Source of the DNA: Pseudomonas aeruginosa PAO1
GTDB taxonomy: Bacteria; Pseudomonadota; Gammaproteobacteria; Pseudomonadales; Pseudomonadaceae
Assembly (NCBI RefSeq): GCF_000006765.1
Contig: NC_002516.2
DNA: 64,000 nt
Reading direction: 5' to 3' (one strand)
The position numbers and the translations under genes were made by a program. Shown piece by piece: positions 23,310 through 32,557 of this stretch (its first letter is position 1; each line of letters opens with the position of its first letter). A model generated the notes under the pieces. The model saw only the letters and a list, made by a program, of their open reading frames with translations, searched no databases and was not told the origin of the DNA.

Positions 23310-24089
23310 GTGCCGCGCTATCCCTACGAACGGGTCGAGGATCCCGATCTCGCCCGCTGCCCGGTGGTCGGCCTCGAGGTCGACAGCACCGGCCACCGCA
23401 GCGACTGGCATTGCCACCGGCGCGCGCAGTTGCTGTACATGGCGGCCGGTAGCGTCACGCTGTATTTCGCCGAGCGCATTTGCCAATTGACGCCGCTCCA
23501 GGCCGCCTGGCTGCCGGCCGGCGTGCCGCATCGCACGGTCCTGCACGGGCGCTTCGCCTACCGTAGCCTGTACTTCGAACCCTCGGCGTTCGCCGAGCTG
23601 CCGGACAGCGTCCAGGTCCTCGAAGTCGGGCCGCTAATGCGCGAACTGATCCTGCGCATGACCGGCTGGGCAGCCGACTTGCAATTGGAAGGGCCGCACC
23701 TGACGCTGTTGCGCGCACTGTTCGATGAACTGGCGAGCGCGCCGGCACACGCCGCGAGCCTGCCGATGCCGCGCGATGCGCGGGCGCTGAAGGTGGCTGA
23801 GGCGCTGCTGGCGCAACCCGCGCTGGACTGGAGCATCGAGGCATGGGGACGTGAGGTCGGCGCCAGCGGGCGGACCCTGGCGCGTCTGTTCACCGAGCAG
23901 ACCGGCCTGGGTTTCTCCCGCTGGCGAACCCAGGCGCGCTTGTTCGAAGCGCGGAGGCGCCTGGCCGAAGGCCGCTCGGTGACCGAGGTCGCCCACGCCC
24001 TGGGCTACGCCAGCGACAGCGCGTTCATCGCCATGTACCGGCGGGTCTGCGGGCAGTCGCCGGGGCGCGCCCTGCGTGGCCTCGAATGA
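23310..24089 (+). CDS. AraC-family regulator with cupin domain
   Basis: WHCHRRAQLLY cupin; C-terminal VAHALGYASDSAFIAMYRR HTH. Confidence 0.92.
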   Translation: MPRYPYERVEDPDLARCPVVGLEVDSTGHRSDWHCHRRAQLLYMAAGSVTLYFAERICQLTPLQAAWLPAGVPHRTVLHGRFAYRSLYFEPSAFAELPDSVQVLEVGPLMRELILRMTGWAADLQLEGPHLTLLRALFDELASAPAHAASLPMPRDARALKVAEALLAQPALDWSIEAWGREVGASGRTLARLFTEQTGLGFSRWRTQARLFEARRRLAEGRSVTEVAHALGYASDSAFIAMYRRVCGQSPGRALRGLE

Positions 24090-24093
24090 GCGC

Positions 24094-24804
24094 TCAGAAG
24101 CGTTCGTGGAGGCCGAGGTAGCGCCATTCGCCGAGCGGTAGCCTGGCCAGCGACAGCGCGCCGATGCGCAGGCGGCGGATGCTCCGCACTTCCAGCCCCT
24201 CCCTTTCGCACATGAAGCGCAACTGGCCGGGCAGCACGTCTTTGAGGGCGAAGCGCAGGTGGCTTTCGTTCTGCCAACTGACCTTGCACGGCGATAGCCT
24301 GCGGCCCTGGTAGGCGAGGCCGTGGCGCAGGCGCTCGAGGCCGCCGGCGGCCAGGTCGCCGGCGACCTCGACCAGGTATTCCTGCTCCAGCCGTGCACCG
24401 TCGTCCACCAGCTTGCGCAGTACGCCGTGCTGCTGGCTGAACACCACCAGCCCCGAAGCCTCGCTGTCCAGCGCAAGGGTGGGACGCTGGCGGGCGAAGT
24501 GTTTTTTCAGCGCTCGCAAGGGACTGGGGTCATCGCTCCAGCGCCGCCCCGCAGCGAGCAGGCCTTCGAAATCGTCGTGGCGCCAGCCGGCCGGCTTGTG
24601 CAACAGCAGGGTGGCCGGTTCGATCGTTTCCGCGCGGGCGCCCGGCAGCAGCTCCACGCGCTGGTCGAGCACCTTGAACTGTGGCTCCTCGATCACTTCG
24701 CCGTCGACGCTGACCCAGCCGCCCTCGATGTACAGCTCGGCTTCGCGGCGCGAGCAGGCGGTGAGTTCGGCGAGGCGTTTGGACAGGCGGATCGGGTCGG
24801 TCAT
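24094..24804 (-). CDS. RsuA/RluF-family rRNA pseudouridine synthase with S4 domain
   Basis: IRLSKRLAE...CSRREAELYI S4 motif; LALDSEASGL catalytic region; EQEYLVEV; IRRLRIG. Confidence 0.85.
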   Translation of the reverse strand: MTDPIRLSKRLAELTACSRREAELYIEGGWVSVDGEVIEEPQFKVLDQRVELLPGARAETIEPATLLLHKPAGWRHDDFEGLLAAGRRWSDDPSPLRALKKHFARQRPTLALDSEASGLVVFSQQHGVLRKLVDDGARLEQEYLVEVAGDLAAGGLERLRHGLAYQGRRLSPCKVSWQNESHLRFALKDVLPGQLRFMCEREGLEVRSIRRLRIGALSLARLPLGEWRYLGLHERF

Positions 24805-24916
24805 GGCGAGGCTACTGGAATGAAAGACCGCCAGTTTACTCGTTGTGGCGATGGGCGCCGAGGAATGATTCGGCGCCCGCTCGGTCCCAACTTAAGGAAC
24901 CGGAGAGGAGACCCTC

Positions 24917-25540
24917 ATGCAGTCACGCCTGATCGATGGCCTGGAATGGGACCTGGACGAGGATGGCAGCGGCGGCCTGTGCAACGTCCATGGCGACAAG
25001 GTCCATCTGCGCCAGGGCGACATGGACGGCGCCTGCGGGCCCTACTGCCTGGTCATGGCGATGCTGGTCCGCGGCCAACTGCGCCGGCGCCAGGCCAAGG
25101 GCCTGGAGCGGGTCGACAGTCGCAGTCGCTACGGGCGCCTGATGAAGGCGCTGGACCAGCACGGCCCGCTGCTGCGCGTCGGCACCACCGGCGTCGACCT
25201 GCTGGAGCTGCTGGCCGAGATCAACGATACCGAGCATTTCGCCCTCAAGGGCGAGGGGCGCAGGTTGGTCCGGCACACCCGCGAATACCTGGAGGCCGGC
25301 TTTCCGGTAGTGCTCGGTTTCCACGGCCGCAAGGGCAGCGATATCCGCCACTGGGGCCTGGCCATCGGCATGAGCGAGCGCGCCTTCCTGCTCCTCGACC
25401 CGGCCCACGACCTGCCGCGCGGGCAGGCCTGGAACGCGGTGATCACCAGCGAGGCGCACGGTTCCCGGTTCGGCTATCGCTATATCAATGCCAAGGGCAC
25501 CTGGGCGGTGACCCTCAAGGAAATGGTCGCCTTGCTTTGA
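24917..25540 (+). CDS. Hypothetical protein, C39-like cysteine peptidase fold
   Basis: 207 aa with GAGGAG SD; Q..D..CG..CL.M, HW.LAIG and LLDP motifs. Confidence 0.7.
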   Translation: MQSRLIDGLEWDLDEDGSGGLCNVHGDKVHLRQGDMDGACGPYCLVMAMLVRGQLRRRQAKGLERVDSRSRYGRLMKALDQHGPLLRVGTTGVDLLELLAEINDTEHFALKGEGRRLVRHTREYLEAGFPVVLGFHGRKGSDIRHWGLAIGMSERAFLLLDPAHDLPRGQAWNAVITSEAHGSRFGYRYINAKGTWAVTLKEMVALL

Positions 25541-25632
25541 GGGGCGGGTTTGTTACAGCCCGTGTGCGGACTGCCAGGCGCGGCGGATCTGCGACTAGAG
25601 TGGTGTTTTTCGCTTGGGGAAGGAGAGAACGC

Positions 25633-26781
25633 ATGCCGGGCCTGTCTTTGAATGCCATCCTGCTGAGCGCCGTCGCGCTGCTCGCTCCGTCGGTCGAGGC
25701 GGTGGACGCCGGTCGCCACGACAGCGAGCTGGGCGCCGTCGAGGTCACCCCGGTGGTTGGTGGTCTGGCCTATCCCTGGGCCGTCGCCTTCCTGCCGGAC
25801 AACCAGGGCATATTGGTCACCGAGCGGCCCGGCAGCTTGCGTTTCGTCAGTCCCGAGGGACAGTTGTCGGCGCCGCTGGAAGGCGTACCCAGGGTCTTCG
25901 CCAGCGGCCAGGGGGGACTGCTCGACGTCGCCTTGTCGCCGGGGTTCGCCGAGGACCGGCTGGTCTACCTGACCTATGCCGAGGCCGGCGAGGACGGCCG
26001 CGCCGGAACGGCGGCGGGACGTGGCCGGTTATCGGCGGACAAGCGACGGCTGGAGGGCTTCCACGTGATCTTCCGGCAGTTGCCGAAGCTTTCCAGCGGC
26101 CATCACTTCGGCTCGCGCCTGGTCTTCGACGGCAAGGGCCACCTGTTCATCGCCCTCGGCGAGAACAACCAGCGCAGCACCTCGCAGGACCTGGACAAGT
26201 TGCAGGGCAAGATCGTCCGCCTGTATCCGGACGGCGGCGTTCCCAAGGACAATCCCTTCGTCGGCCGTGCCGACGCGCGGCCCGAGATCTGGAGCTATGG
26301 CCACCGCAACCAGCAGGGCGCCGCGCTGAATCCCTGGACCGGCCGGCTCTGGACCCACGAGCACGGCCCGCGCGGCGGCGACGAGATCAACATACCCCAG
26401 GCCGGCGGGAACTACGGCTGGCCGCTGGCGACCCATGGAATCAACTACACCCTGCTGCCGATCCCCGAAGCCAGGGGCAAGGCCGTCGAAGGTACCGAGG
26501 CGCCGCACCATGTCTGGGAGAAGTCGCCGGCGATCAGCGGCATGGCGTTCTACGATGCGCAGCGCTTCCCGGCCTGGCAGCATAATTTGTTCATCGGCGC
26601 GCTGGCGACGCAGGAACTGATCCGCCTGCAACTGGATGGCGACCGGATCGTCCACGAAGAGCGCCTGCTGGGCGATCTCGGGGTGCGCATCCGCGACGTG
26701 CGGCAGGGCCCGGACGGCTATCTCTACCTGCTCACCGACCAGAAGGACGGGCAATTGCTGCGCCTGGGGTTGGCGCGCTAG
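25633..26781 (+). CDS. PQQ-dependent aldose sugar dehydrogenase (YliI/GSDH family)
   Basis: 382 aa from ATG 25633; signal peptide; GQGGLLDV, HFGSRL, WSYGHRNQQG, EHGPRGGDEIN. Confidence 0.9.
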   Translation: MPGLSLNAILLSAVALLAPSVEAVDAGRHDSELGAVEVTPVVGGLAYPWAVAFLPDNQGILVTERPGSLRFVSPEGQLSAPLEGVPRVFASGQGGLLDVALSPGFAEDRLVYLTYAEAGEDGRAGTAAGRGRLSADKRRLEGFHVIFRQLPKLSSGHHFGSRLVFDGKGHLFIALGENNQRSTSQDLDKLQGKIVRLYPDGGVPKDNPFVGRADARPEIWSYGHRNQQGAALNPWTGRLWTHEHGPRGGDEINIPQAGGNYGWPLATHGINYTLLPIPEARGKAVEGTEAPHHVWEKSPAISGMAFYDAQRFPAWQHNLFIGALATQELIRLQLDGDRIVHEERLLGDLGVRIRDVRQGPDGYLYLLTDQKDGQLLRLGLAR

Positions 26782-26784
26782 CCT

Positions 26785-27006
26785 TCAGCCTTGGTTGCGC
26801 TTGAGCTGGACGTAGAGCGCCTCGACCTTTTCCCGGGCCCAGGGCGTCTTGCGCAGGAAGGCGAGGCTGGACTTGATGCTCGGGTCGTTCCTGAAACAAC
26901 GAATGTCGACCCGTTTGCCAAGCTCCGCCCAGCCGTGGTGGGCGACCAGTTCGGTGAGCAGTTTTTCCAGGGTGACGCCGTGCAGTGGATCGGGATGGCC
27001 AGGCAT
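26785..27006 (-). CDS. VF530/DUF2132 family small putative DNA-binding protein
   Basis: 73 aa; [13 protein letters not shown]...GW.EL...[24 protein letters not shown] signature. Confidence 0.88.
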   Translation of the reverse strand: MPGHPDPLHGVTLEKLLTELVAHHGWAELGKRVDIRCFRNDPSIKSSLAFLRKTPWAREKVEALYVQLKRNQG

Positions 27007-27106
27007 GAAGGGCTCGGGATTCAGGCAATGAAAAAGGGGATGGAGCGTGGCACATCTGCGTGCCGGCCTGCCATCCCCTTCGTAGTCCCCGGCGAGGGGC
27101 GGGCGA

Positions 27107-27298
27107 TCAGCGCTTCTTGCTGATGGTGATCTGCCGCGACGGGCCGTAGACCTGGCCGCTGACGCCCTTGGCGATCTTCTGGATCTCGCCGCCGGCCTGG
27201 AGGAAGGCGGCGACCTGCGCTTCGATGGACTCGCGGGTTTCGACCGCGGGAGCCGGCTTGGCGGCTTTCGGCGCGACGGTTTTCTTCATGATGGCCAT
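27107..27298 (-). CDS. Small SutA-like protein, 63 aa
   Basis: [21 protein letters not shown] aligns without gaps to the SutA core as I recall it (RDALAKAMEEFLSRGGKVQEI); promoter found just upstream. Confidence 0.75.
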   Translation of the reverse strand: MAIMKKTVAPKAAKPAPAVETRESIEAQVAAFLQAGGEIQKIAKGVSGQVYGPSRQITISKKR

Positions 27299-27335
27299 AT
27301 CCGGGGACCTGTCTCTGCATTAAATATGGCCGTTC

Positions 27336-27364
27336 ATTATAACCGAAGCGGCGTTTTATTTCAT
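27336..27364 (-). promoter_or_regulatory. sigma70-type promoter for the SutA-like gene
   Basis: Minus strand ATGAAA-N17-TATAAT; predicted start near 27330. Confidence 0.7.
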
Positions 27365-27770
27365 CTTGAATATTGTCGATCAGATTTCGGACGTAACCTG
27401 CTGTTTTCTATAAAGTCCGTTAGGCAATACCCGAGCGAGGCGCTGCGGCATTGGCGATCCGGCGGTGAACTGCTCGAGGTCTCCGCGGCTGGATGTTCCG
27501 CCGACCCCGGGCGACGCAGGATACCGCCAGGTGGATAACTCCCTTCGCGCATCCCGGCATGAATTCCAATGTTTGCATTAGTTGATGCGAGAAAGTTCTC
27601 CGGGCCTCTATCTCACCTATATCGAGAATAATGAAAAGTTCACGATTAGTTATCGGCTAAGTTGCCCGGATATATACGTCGATATCATCGCGCTGCCGGC
27701 CGGGGCATGCATCGCCTCGCTGCGTTCCCGGTGCTAACCTGCGGAACCCCAGCCGCCGAGCGAGCGCCGC

Positions 27771-29537
27771 ATGCCAGCCATTCTCTCCTCCCGCCAACGT
27801 ATCGCCCTGCGCCTGGCCTGGCGCTTCATGGCGCCTTACCGCTGGCGCATGCTCGGGGCCCTGGTGGCGTTGCTGTTCACCGCGGCGATCACCCTGTCCC
27901 TGGGCCAGGGCATCCGCCTGCTGGTGGACCAGGGGTTCCTCACCGCCTCGCCCGAATTGCTCAATCGCTACATCCTGCTGTTCTTCGTGCTGGTGCTCGG
28001 CCTGGCCGTGGGCACCTTCGTGCGCTTCTACCTGGTGTCCTGGATCGGCGAGCGCTTCGTCGCCGATATCCGCAAGCGCGTGTTCGACCACCTGATCGAG
28101 TTGCATCCCGGTTTCTACGAAACCAACCGTAGCTCCGAGATCCAGTCGCGCCTGACCGCCGACACTACGCTGCTGCAGACGGTGATCGGTTCCTCGCTGT
28201 CGATGGCCCTGCGCAATGCCCTGATGCTGGTCGGCGGGGTGCTGCTGATGTTCGTCACCAACGCCAAGCTGACCAGCATCGTGGTGCTGGCGTTGCCGCT
28301 GGTGATCGCCCCGATCCTGCTGTTCGGCCGCCGCGTGCGCAGCCTGTCGCGGGAAAGCCAGGACCGGGTGGCCGACGTCGGCAGCTACGTCGGCGAAACC
28401 CTCGGCCAGATCAAGACCGTGCAGGCCTACAACCACCAGGCGCAGGATCGCCAGCGCTTCGCCGGCACCGTCGAACGCGCCTTCGACACCGCGCGCAAGC
28501 GCATCGCCCAGCGCGCCTGGCTGATCACCGTGGTGATCGTGCTGGTGCTCGGCGCAGTCGGCATCATGCTCTGGGTCGGCGGCCGCGACGTGATCGCCGG
28601 CAGCATCTCGGCCGGCGAACTGGCCGCGTTCGTCTTCTACAGCCTGATCGTCGGCATGGCCTTCGGCACCCTCAGCGAGGTGATCGGCGAATTGCAGCGC
28701 GCTGCCGGCGCCGCAGAGCGCATCGCCGAGCTGCTCAGGGCGCGCAGCGAGATCCGCCCGCCAGCGCAACCACGCAAGCTGGCGGCGCGGGTGAGCGGGA
28801 GGATCGAATTGCAGGCGGTGCGCTTCGCCTATCCGACCCGTCCCGAACACTGGGCCATCGACGACATCAGCCTGGCCGTCGAACCGGGGGAAACCCTGGC
28901 CCTGGTCGGACCTTCCGGTGCCGGCAAGTCGACCCTGTTCGATCTGCTCCTGCGTTTCTTCGATCCGCAGCAGGGACGGCTGCTGCTGGACGGACAGCCG
29001 ATCGTCGAACTGGACCCGGCCGACTTGCGCCGCAGCTTTGCCCTGGTGTCGCAGAACCCCGCGCTGTTCTTCGGCAGCGTCGAGGAAAACATCCGCTACG
29101 GCCGTCCGCATGCCAGCGCCGCCGAGGTCGAGGCCGCAGCGCGTGCCGCGCATGCCCACGAGTTCATCCTGGGTCTGCCGCAGGGCTACGCCACCCACCT
29201 GGGCGAGGGCGGCATCGGCCTGTCCGGCGGCCAGCGCCAGCGCCTGGCGATCGCCCGGGCGTTGCTGGTAGACGCGCCGGTGCTGCTGCTCGACGAGGCG
29301 ACCAGCGCCCTGGATGCGGAAAGCGAGCACCTGATCCAGCAGGCCCTGCCAGGCCTGATGAGCGGACGTACCACCCTGGTGATCGCCCATCGCCTGGCCA
29401 CGGTACAGAGCGCCGACCGCATCGCGGTGATCGACCAGGGGCGGCTGGTGGCCATTGGTAGCCATGCCCGGCTGATCGCCGAGAACCCGCTCTATGCGCG
29501 CCTGGCGGAACTGCAGTTCGCTGCCGGCGGACGCTAG
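27771..29537 (+). CDS. ABC exporter, fused TMD-NBD (MsbA-like)
   Basis: 588 aa; GPSGAGKST, LSGGQRQR, LLLDEATSALD. Confidence 0.95.
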   Translation: MPAILSSRQRIALRLAWRFMAPYRWRMLGALVALLFTAAITLSLGQGIRLLVDQGFLTASPELLNRYILLFFVLVLGLAVGTFVRFYLVSWIGERFVADIRKRVFDHLIELHPGFYETNRSSEIQSRLTADTTLLQTVIGSSLSMALRNALMLVGGVLLMFVTNAKLTSIVVLALPLVIAPILLFGRRVRSLSRESQDRVADVGSYVGETLGQIKTVQAYNHQAQDRQRFAGTVERAFDTARKRIAQRAWLITVVIVLVLGAVGIMLWVGGRDVIAGSISAGELAAFVFYSLIVGMAFGTLSEVIGELQRAAGAAERIAELLRARSEIRPPAQPRKLAARVSGRIELQAVRFAYPTRPEHWAIDDISLAVEPGETLALVGPSGAGKSTLFDLLLRFFDPQQGRLLLDGQPIVELDPADLRRSFALVSQNPALFFGSVEENIRYGRPHASAAEVEAAARAAHAHEFILGLPQGYATHLGEGGIGLSGGQRQRLAIARALLVDAPVLLLDEATSALDAESEHLIQQALPGLMSGRTTLVIAHRLATVQSADRIAVIDQGRLVAIGSHARLIAENPLYARLAELQFAAGGR

Positions 29538-29539
29538 CT

Positions 29540-29875
29540 TCAGAGCGGCTTGTCGATGCCCGCGTACTGCTTGTCCAGCTCGTCGATACGCTGCGCGTAG
29601 GCGCGGGAGAGGCAGTCGGTGTCGCCACCGCAGCGCCGGCGCTCGCGCAGCCAGTCCTGCTGCCGGTCCTGCATGGCGCCGCGGCCGCCCATGGCGAACA
29701 GGCCGCGGAGGAAGCGGTACTTGACGCTCATCTCGACGTCCTTGTCGTTCAGCGCCCGGTTCGCGCAGATGGCCTTTTCGTCCGCTCGCTCAGCCTTTTC
29801 GCAATCGAAGCTGGCCGCTTCGGCCAGGGGCGCCAGCAGGAGTCCGCCGAGGGCGAGGAATGCCAGGTGCTTCAT
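29540..29875 (-). CDS. LprI-family lysozyme-inhibitor-like secreted protein
   Basis: Signal peptide followed by ASFDCEKA...AIC and QQDWLRERRRCGGDTDCL...Y..RI. Confidence 0.82.
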   Translation of the reverse strand: MKHLAFLALGGLLLAPLAEAASFDCEKAERADEKAICANRALNDKDVEMSVKYRFLRGLFAMGGRGAMQDRQQDWLRERRRCGGDTDCLSRAYAQRIDELDKQYAGIDKPL

Positions 29876-29978
29876 GCCGTTCTCCGTTTCGCCTGGTTGC
29901 TTGCGAATCTTCGACGCCCGCGACGGCGCTGGGTTCAGCGGGGAGCGCGCGGCGGCCGGGCGGGCCGCTCCGGCGCGG

Positions 29979-32303
29979 TCAGTGCGAAAGGATCAGGGCC
30001 TTCTGCTCGGGGATGACGGTGCGCTCCCGAGGGGCGTCCGCGCGTTCCGCTTCCTCGGTTTCGGGGCGGTTGGCGAACAGGCTTTTCAGGGTGCTCAGCA
30101 GCGGCTGTTCCTTCGCCGCTTCGGCGACCTGGCTGCGGCTTTCCACGGGTTCCGGGTTGGCCGCCGTGACCACGTGGAAGTCGCTGATCTCGATGATCCC
30201 GCGGCCCTCGGCGAGCAAGTGGAAGGAGAAGGCCTTGCGCGCTTCCGGGTTGTCGAAGGTGAAGCTCATGTCCAGCGGCTTGCCTTTGAGCAGGCGCGGG
30301 ATGTCCGGTACCGGTATGGGAACGTCGCGTTCGAACTCCTTGGTCTTCAGCGTCACCCGGGCGCCGTTGCGGTCCATCTGCAAGGCGCGGATCTTCAGGG
30401 TGACCGTGGTCCTGCTGTTCTTCGGCATCTCCAGGTATTGCGCGCCGATCAGGTTGTCGGTCCAGTCGTTGTGGGTTTCCGGCTTCAGGCGGATGCGTTC
30501 GTGGGTGGCGAACTGGAACTCCTGGCCCAACTGGCCGGCCTGTTGCACGGAGTGGTCGAGGACGGCGGCGCGCTGGCTGACCAGGCGTGCCTGGCGACCG
30601 CTGAAGCGACCGAGGAACTCGGCTTCGTCGGCGATGAAGCCCTCGCTGCGGTAGCGCCGGCAGACCTGCTGGAAATCGCATTCGACGAAGGTGTCCTTGC
30701 CGTCGTGGTGACGCAGCATGCCGTTGGTGTAGGACATCATTTCGCGGCCGCTGGCGTAGTCGCGGAACAGCGAGCGCCCGGAAATCCCCGCCGGCACGCG
30801 GTAGCCGAAATAGTCGAGGACGGACGCGGCGAGGTCGACGTGGCCGTAGACGCCGCTCTTGATCGGCGGCAGCGCCGCCTGTTCCGGTGCCAGTACCAGG
30901 TTGAAGCCCCAGGCCGAGGCGAGGCGCACCTGGTCGACACCGTGGGATTCGTCGGAAGTGAGCACCACCAGGGTGTCGCGCAACACGCCCTGTTTCTCCA
31001 GGTCGGCGAGGAAGGCGTCGATCGCGTCGTCGAGATAGGCCACCGCGGCCTGCTTGGCGCTCGGGTAGCGGGCCAGGTAGTCGGCAGGCGCCGAGTAGGG
31101 CTGGTGGGTGCCGACGGTGAGCAGGGTCAGCATCCAGGGTTTCTTCTGCTGGCGCAGCTGCTTCACGTAGGTCGCGGCGCCCTCGAAGAAGGCCTTGTCG
31201 TCCATGCCCCAGGGAAACTCCAGGTAGGACGTGTTGCGGAACCAGTCGCGCCCGAGGGTCTTGTCGAAGCCCATCTGCGGCATGACCTTGTCCTTGGCCA
31301 TGAAGCGCAGGCCGGCACCCTGCAGGAAGTGCGTGCTGAAACCGTGCTGGCGCAGCTGGGCGGGCAAGCACTCCCTGGCCCGGGCCGGGTTGTTCAGCAG
31401 CTCGACGCCCTTCGGCGTGCCCGAGTCGAGCTTGCTGTAGTCGCCGCAGAGCATGGCGTAGAGGCCGCGGATGGTCTGGTGGCTGTGCAGCACGTAGTCC
31501 GGGGTGGTCATCGCCCGTTCGGCCCAGCCACTCAGCCTGGGCATCGGCGCTTCGTGGTAGCTGCTGTTGATGGCGGCGCGGTTGGCGGCGATATACGCGC
31601 CGGGGATTCCCTCCATGGCCACGATCAGGACGTTGCGCGCGCGCCCTCCGCCGGCCAGCAGCGGCGTTCCGGAAAGGTCGAGCTGGTTGAGCCCGGCGAC
31701 GTCCGGCGGGGTGTCCGGACGGTCGTCGGCGAGCCAGTCTTCGACCGCCAGTTGGCCACTGCTGAGCGCGCTGGCCAGCAGCTTGTGCGGCAGGTTGTAC
31801 TGCTGCCATTGGTCGGCATCGCTCGGACGCAGGTATTGCAGGCCGACATGCGCCGCCAGGAACGCCGCCGGCAGCGCGTAGGCATAGCGCGGCAGGCGCG
31901 GACCGCGGCGACGCCAGAGCAGCACGCAAAGCAATGTCGCGCCACCGAGGCCGAGCGCCAGTGGCAGGTGGGCGAGGCCGCCGCCCTGGGTGGAGCTGCT
32001 GACGAACTGCGGATCCAGCAGGTACTTGAGGTCGGAAGGTTCCGGCATGCGCCCGACCGCTGCGACCAGTTCGGCATTGCCGATCAGGAACAGGCACCAG
32101 AGCAGCATGACCGGGAGCGCGAACCACAGGGAGCGTCGATGCAGGAGCAGCACCAGCAGGCTGCCGAGGGCCAGGTCCGAGAGATAGCCGAACGGCGTCG
32201 ACCAGCCGAGCCAGTAGCGGCCGGCGAGGGGAACGACCAGGAACAGCGCGGCCAGCGCCAGAAGCGAGCCGCAAGATGAGAGCCAACGGCTGAGTGGACG
32301 CAC
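29979..32303 (-). CDS. Membrane-anchored LtaS/sulfatase (alkaline phosphatase superfamily) protein
   Basis: 774 aa, GTG start after AGGAG; about 5 N-terminal TM helices; MEG, QT, GTHQPY and SDESHG metal/nucleophile motifs. Confidence 0.85.
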   Translation of the reverse strand: MRPLSRWLSSCGSLLALAALFLVVPLAGRYWLGWSTPFGYLSDLALGSLLVLLLHRRSLWFALPVMLLWCLFLIGNAELVAAVGRMPEPSDLKYLLDPQFVSSSTQGGGLAHLPLALGLGGATLLCVLLWRRRGPRLPRYAYALPAAFLAAHVGLQYLRPSDADQWQQYNLPHKLLASALSSGQLAVEDWLADDRPDTPPDVAGLNQLDLSGTPLLAGGGRARNVLIVAMEGIPGAYIAANRAAINSSYHEAPMPRLSGWAERAMTTPDYVLHSHQTIRGLYAMLCGDYSKLDSGTPKGVELLNNPARARECLPAQLRQHGFSTHFLQGAGLRFMAKDKVMPQMGFDKTLGRDWFRNTSYLEFPWGMDDKAFFEGAATYVKQLRQQKKPWMLTLLTVGTHQPYSAPADYLARYPSAKQAAVAYLDDAIDAFLADLEKQGVLRDTLVVLTSDESHGVDQVRLASAWGFNLVLAPEQAALPPIKSGVYGHVDLAASVLDYFGYRVPAGISGRSLFRDYASGREMMSYTNGMLRHHDGKDTFVECDFQQVCRRYRSEGFIADEAEFLGRFSGRQARLVSQRAAVLDHSVQQAGQLGQEFQFATHERIRLKPETHNDWTDNLIGAQYLEMPKNSRTTVTLKIRALQMDRNGARVTLKTKEFERDVPIPVPDIPRLLKGKPLDMSFTFDNPEARKAFSFHLLAEGRGIIEISDFHVVTAANPEPVESRSQVAEAAKEQPLLSTLKSLFANRPETEEAERADAPRERTVIPEQKALILSH

Positions 32304-32557
32304 AGGAGCTCCTGATGAGCGGCAGCGAGAATCCTTGATAAGGATGTTCCAAAAAAGTCTTTAGGGTTCACGATTTTGAAACATCGTTGTGCTTACTGCC
32401 AGTAGACAGTCGGCATTTGGGAAATGTCCGCGTGGTTCAGGATGTTTCGGCGCGAATGGCCGGCAAGGCGATGAGCGGCGTCGGCGTACCGGCAAAAACT
32501 TCCGCCCGCATGCGTGGCGCCCGGTAGAATGCCGCCCCTTCGACAGGGGGAGACAAC

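Noticed and set aside
27326-27552. Overlapping 63-70 aa ORFs in the AT-rich intergenic region
   Set aside because: No SD, atypical codon usage, and they overlap the predicted promoter.
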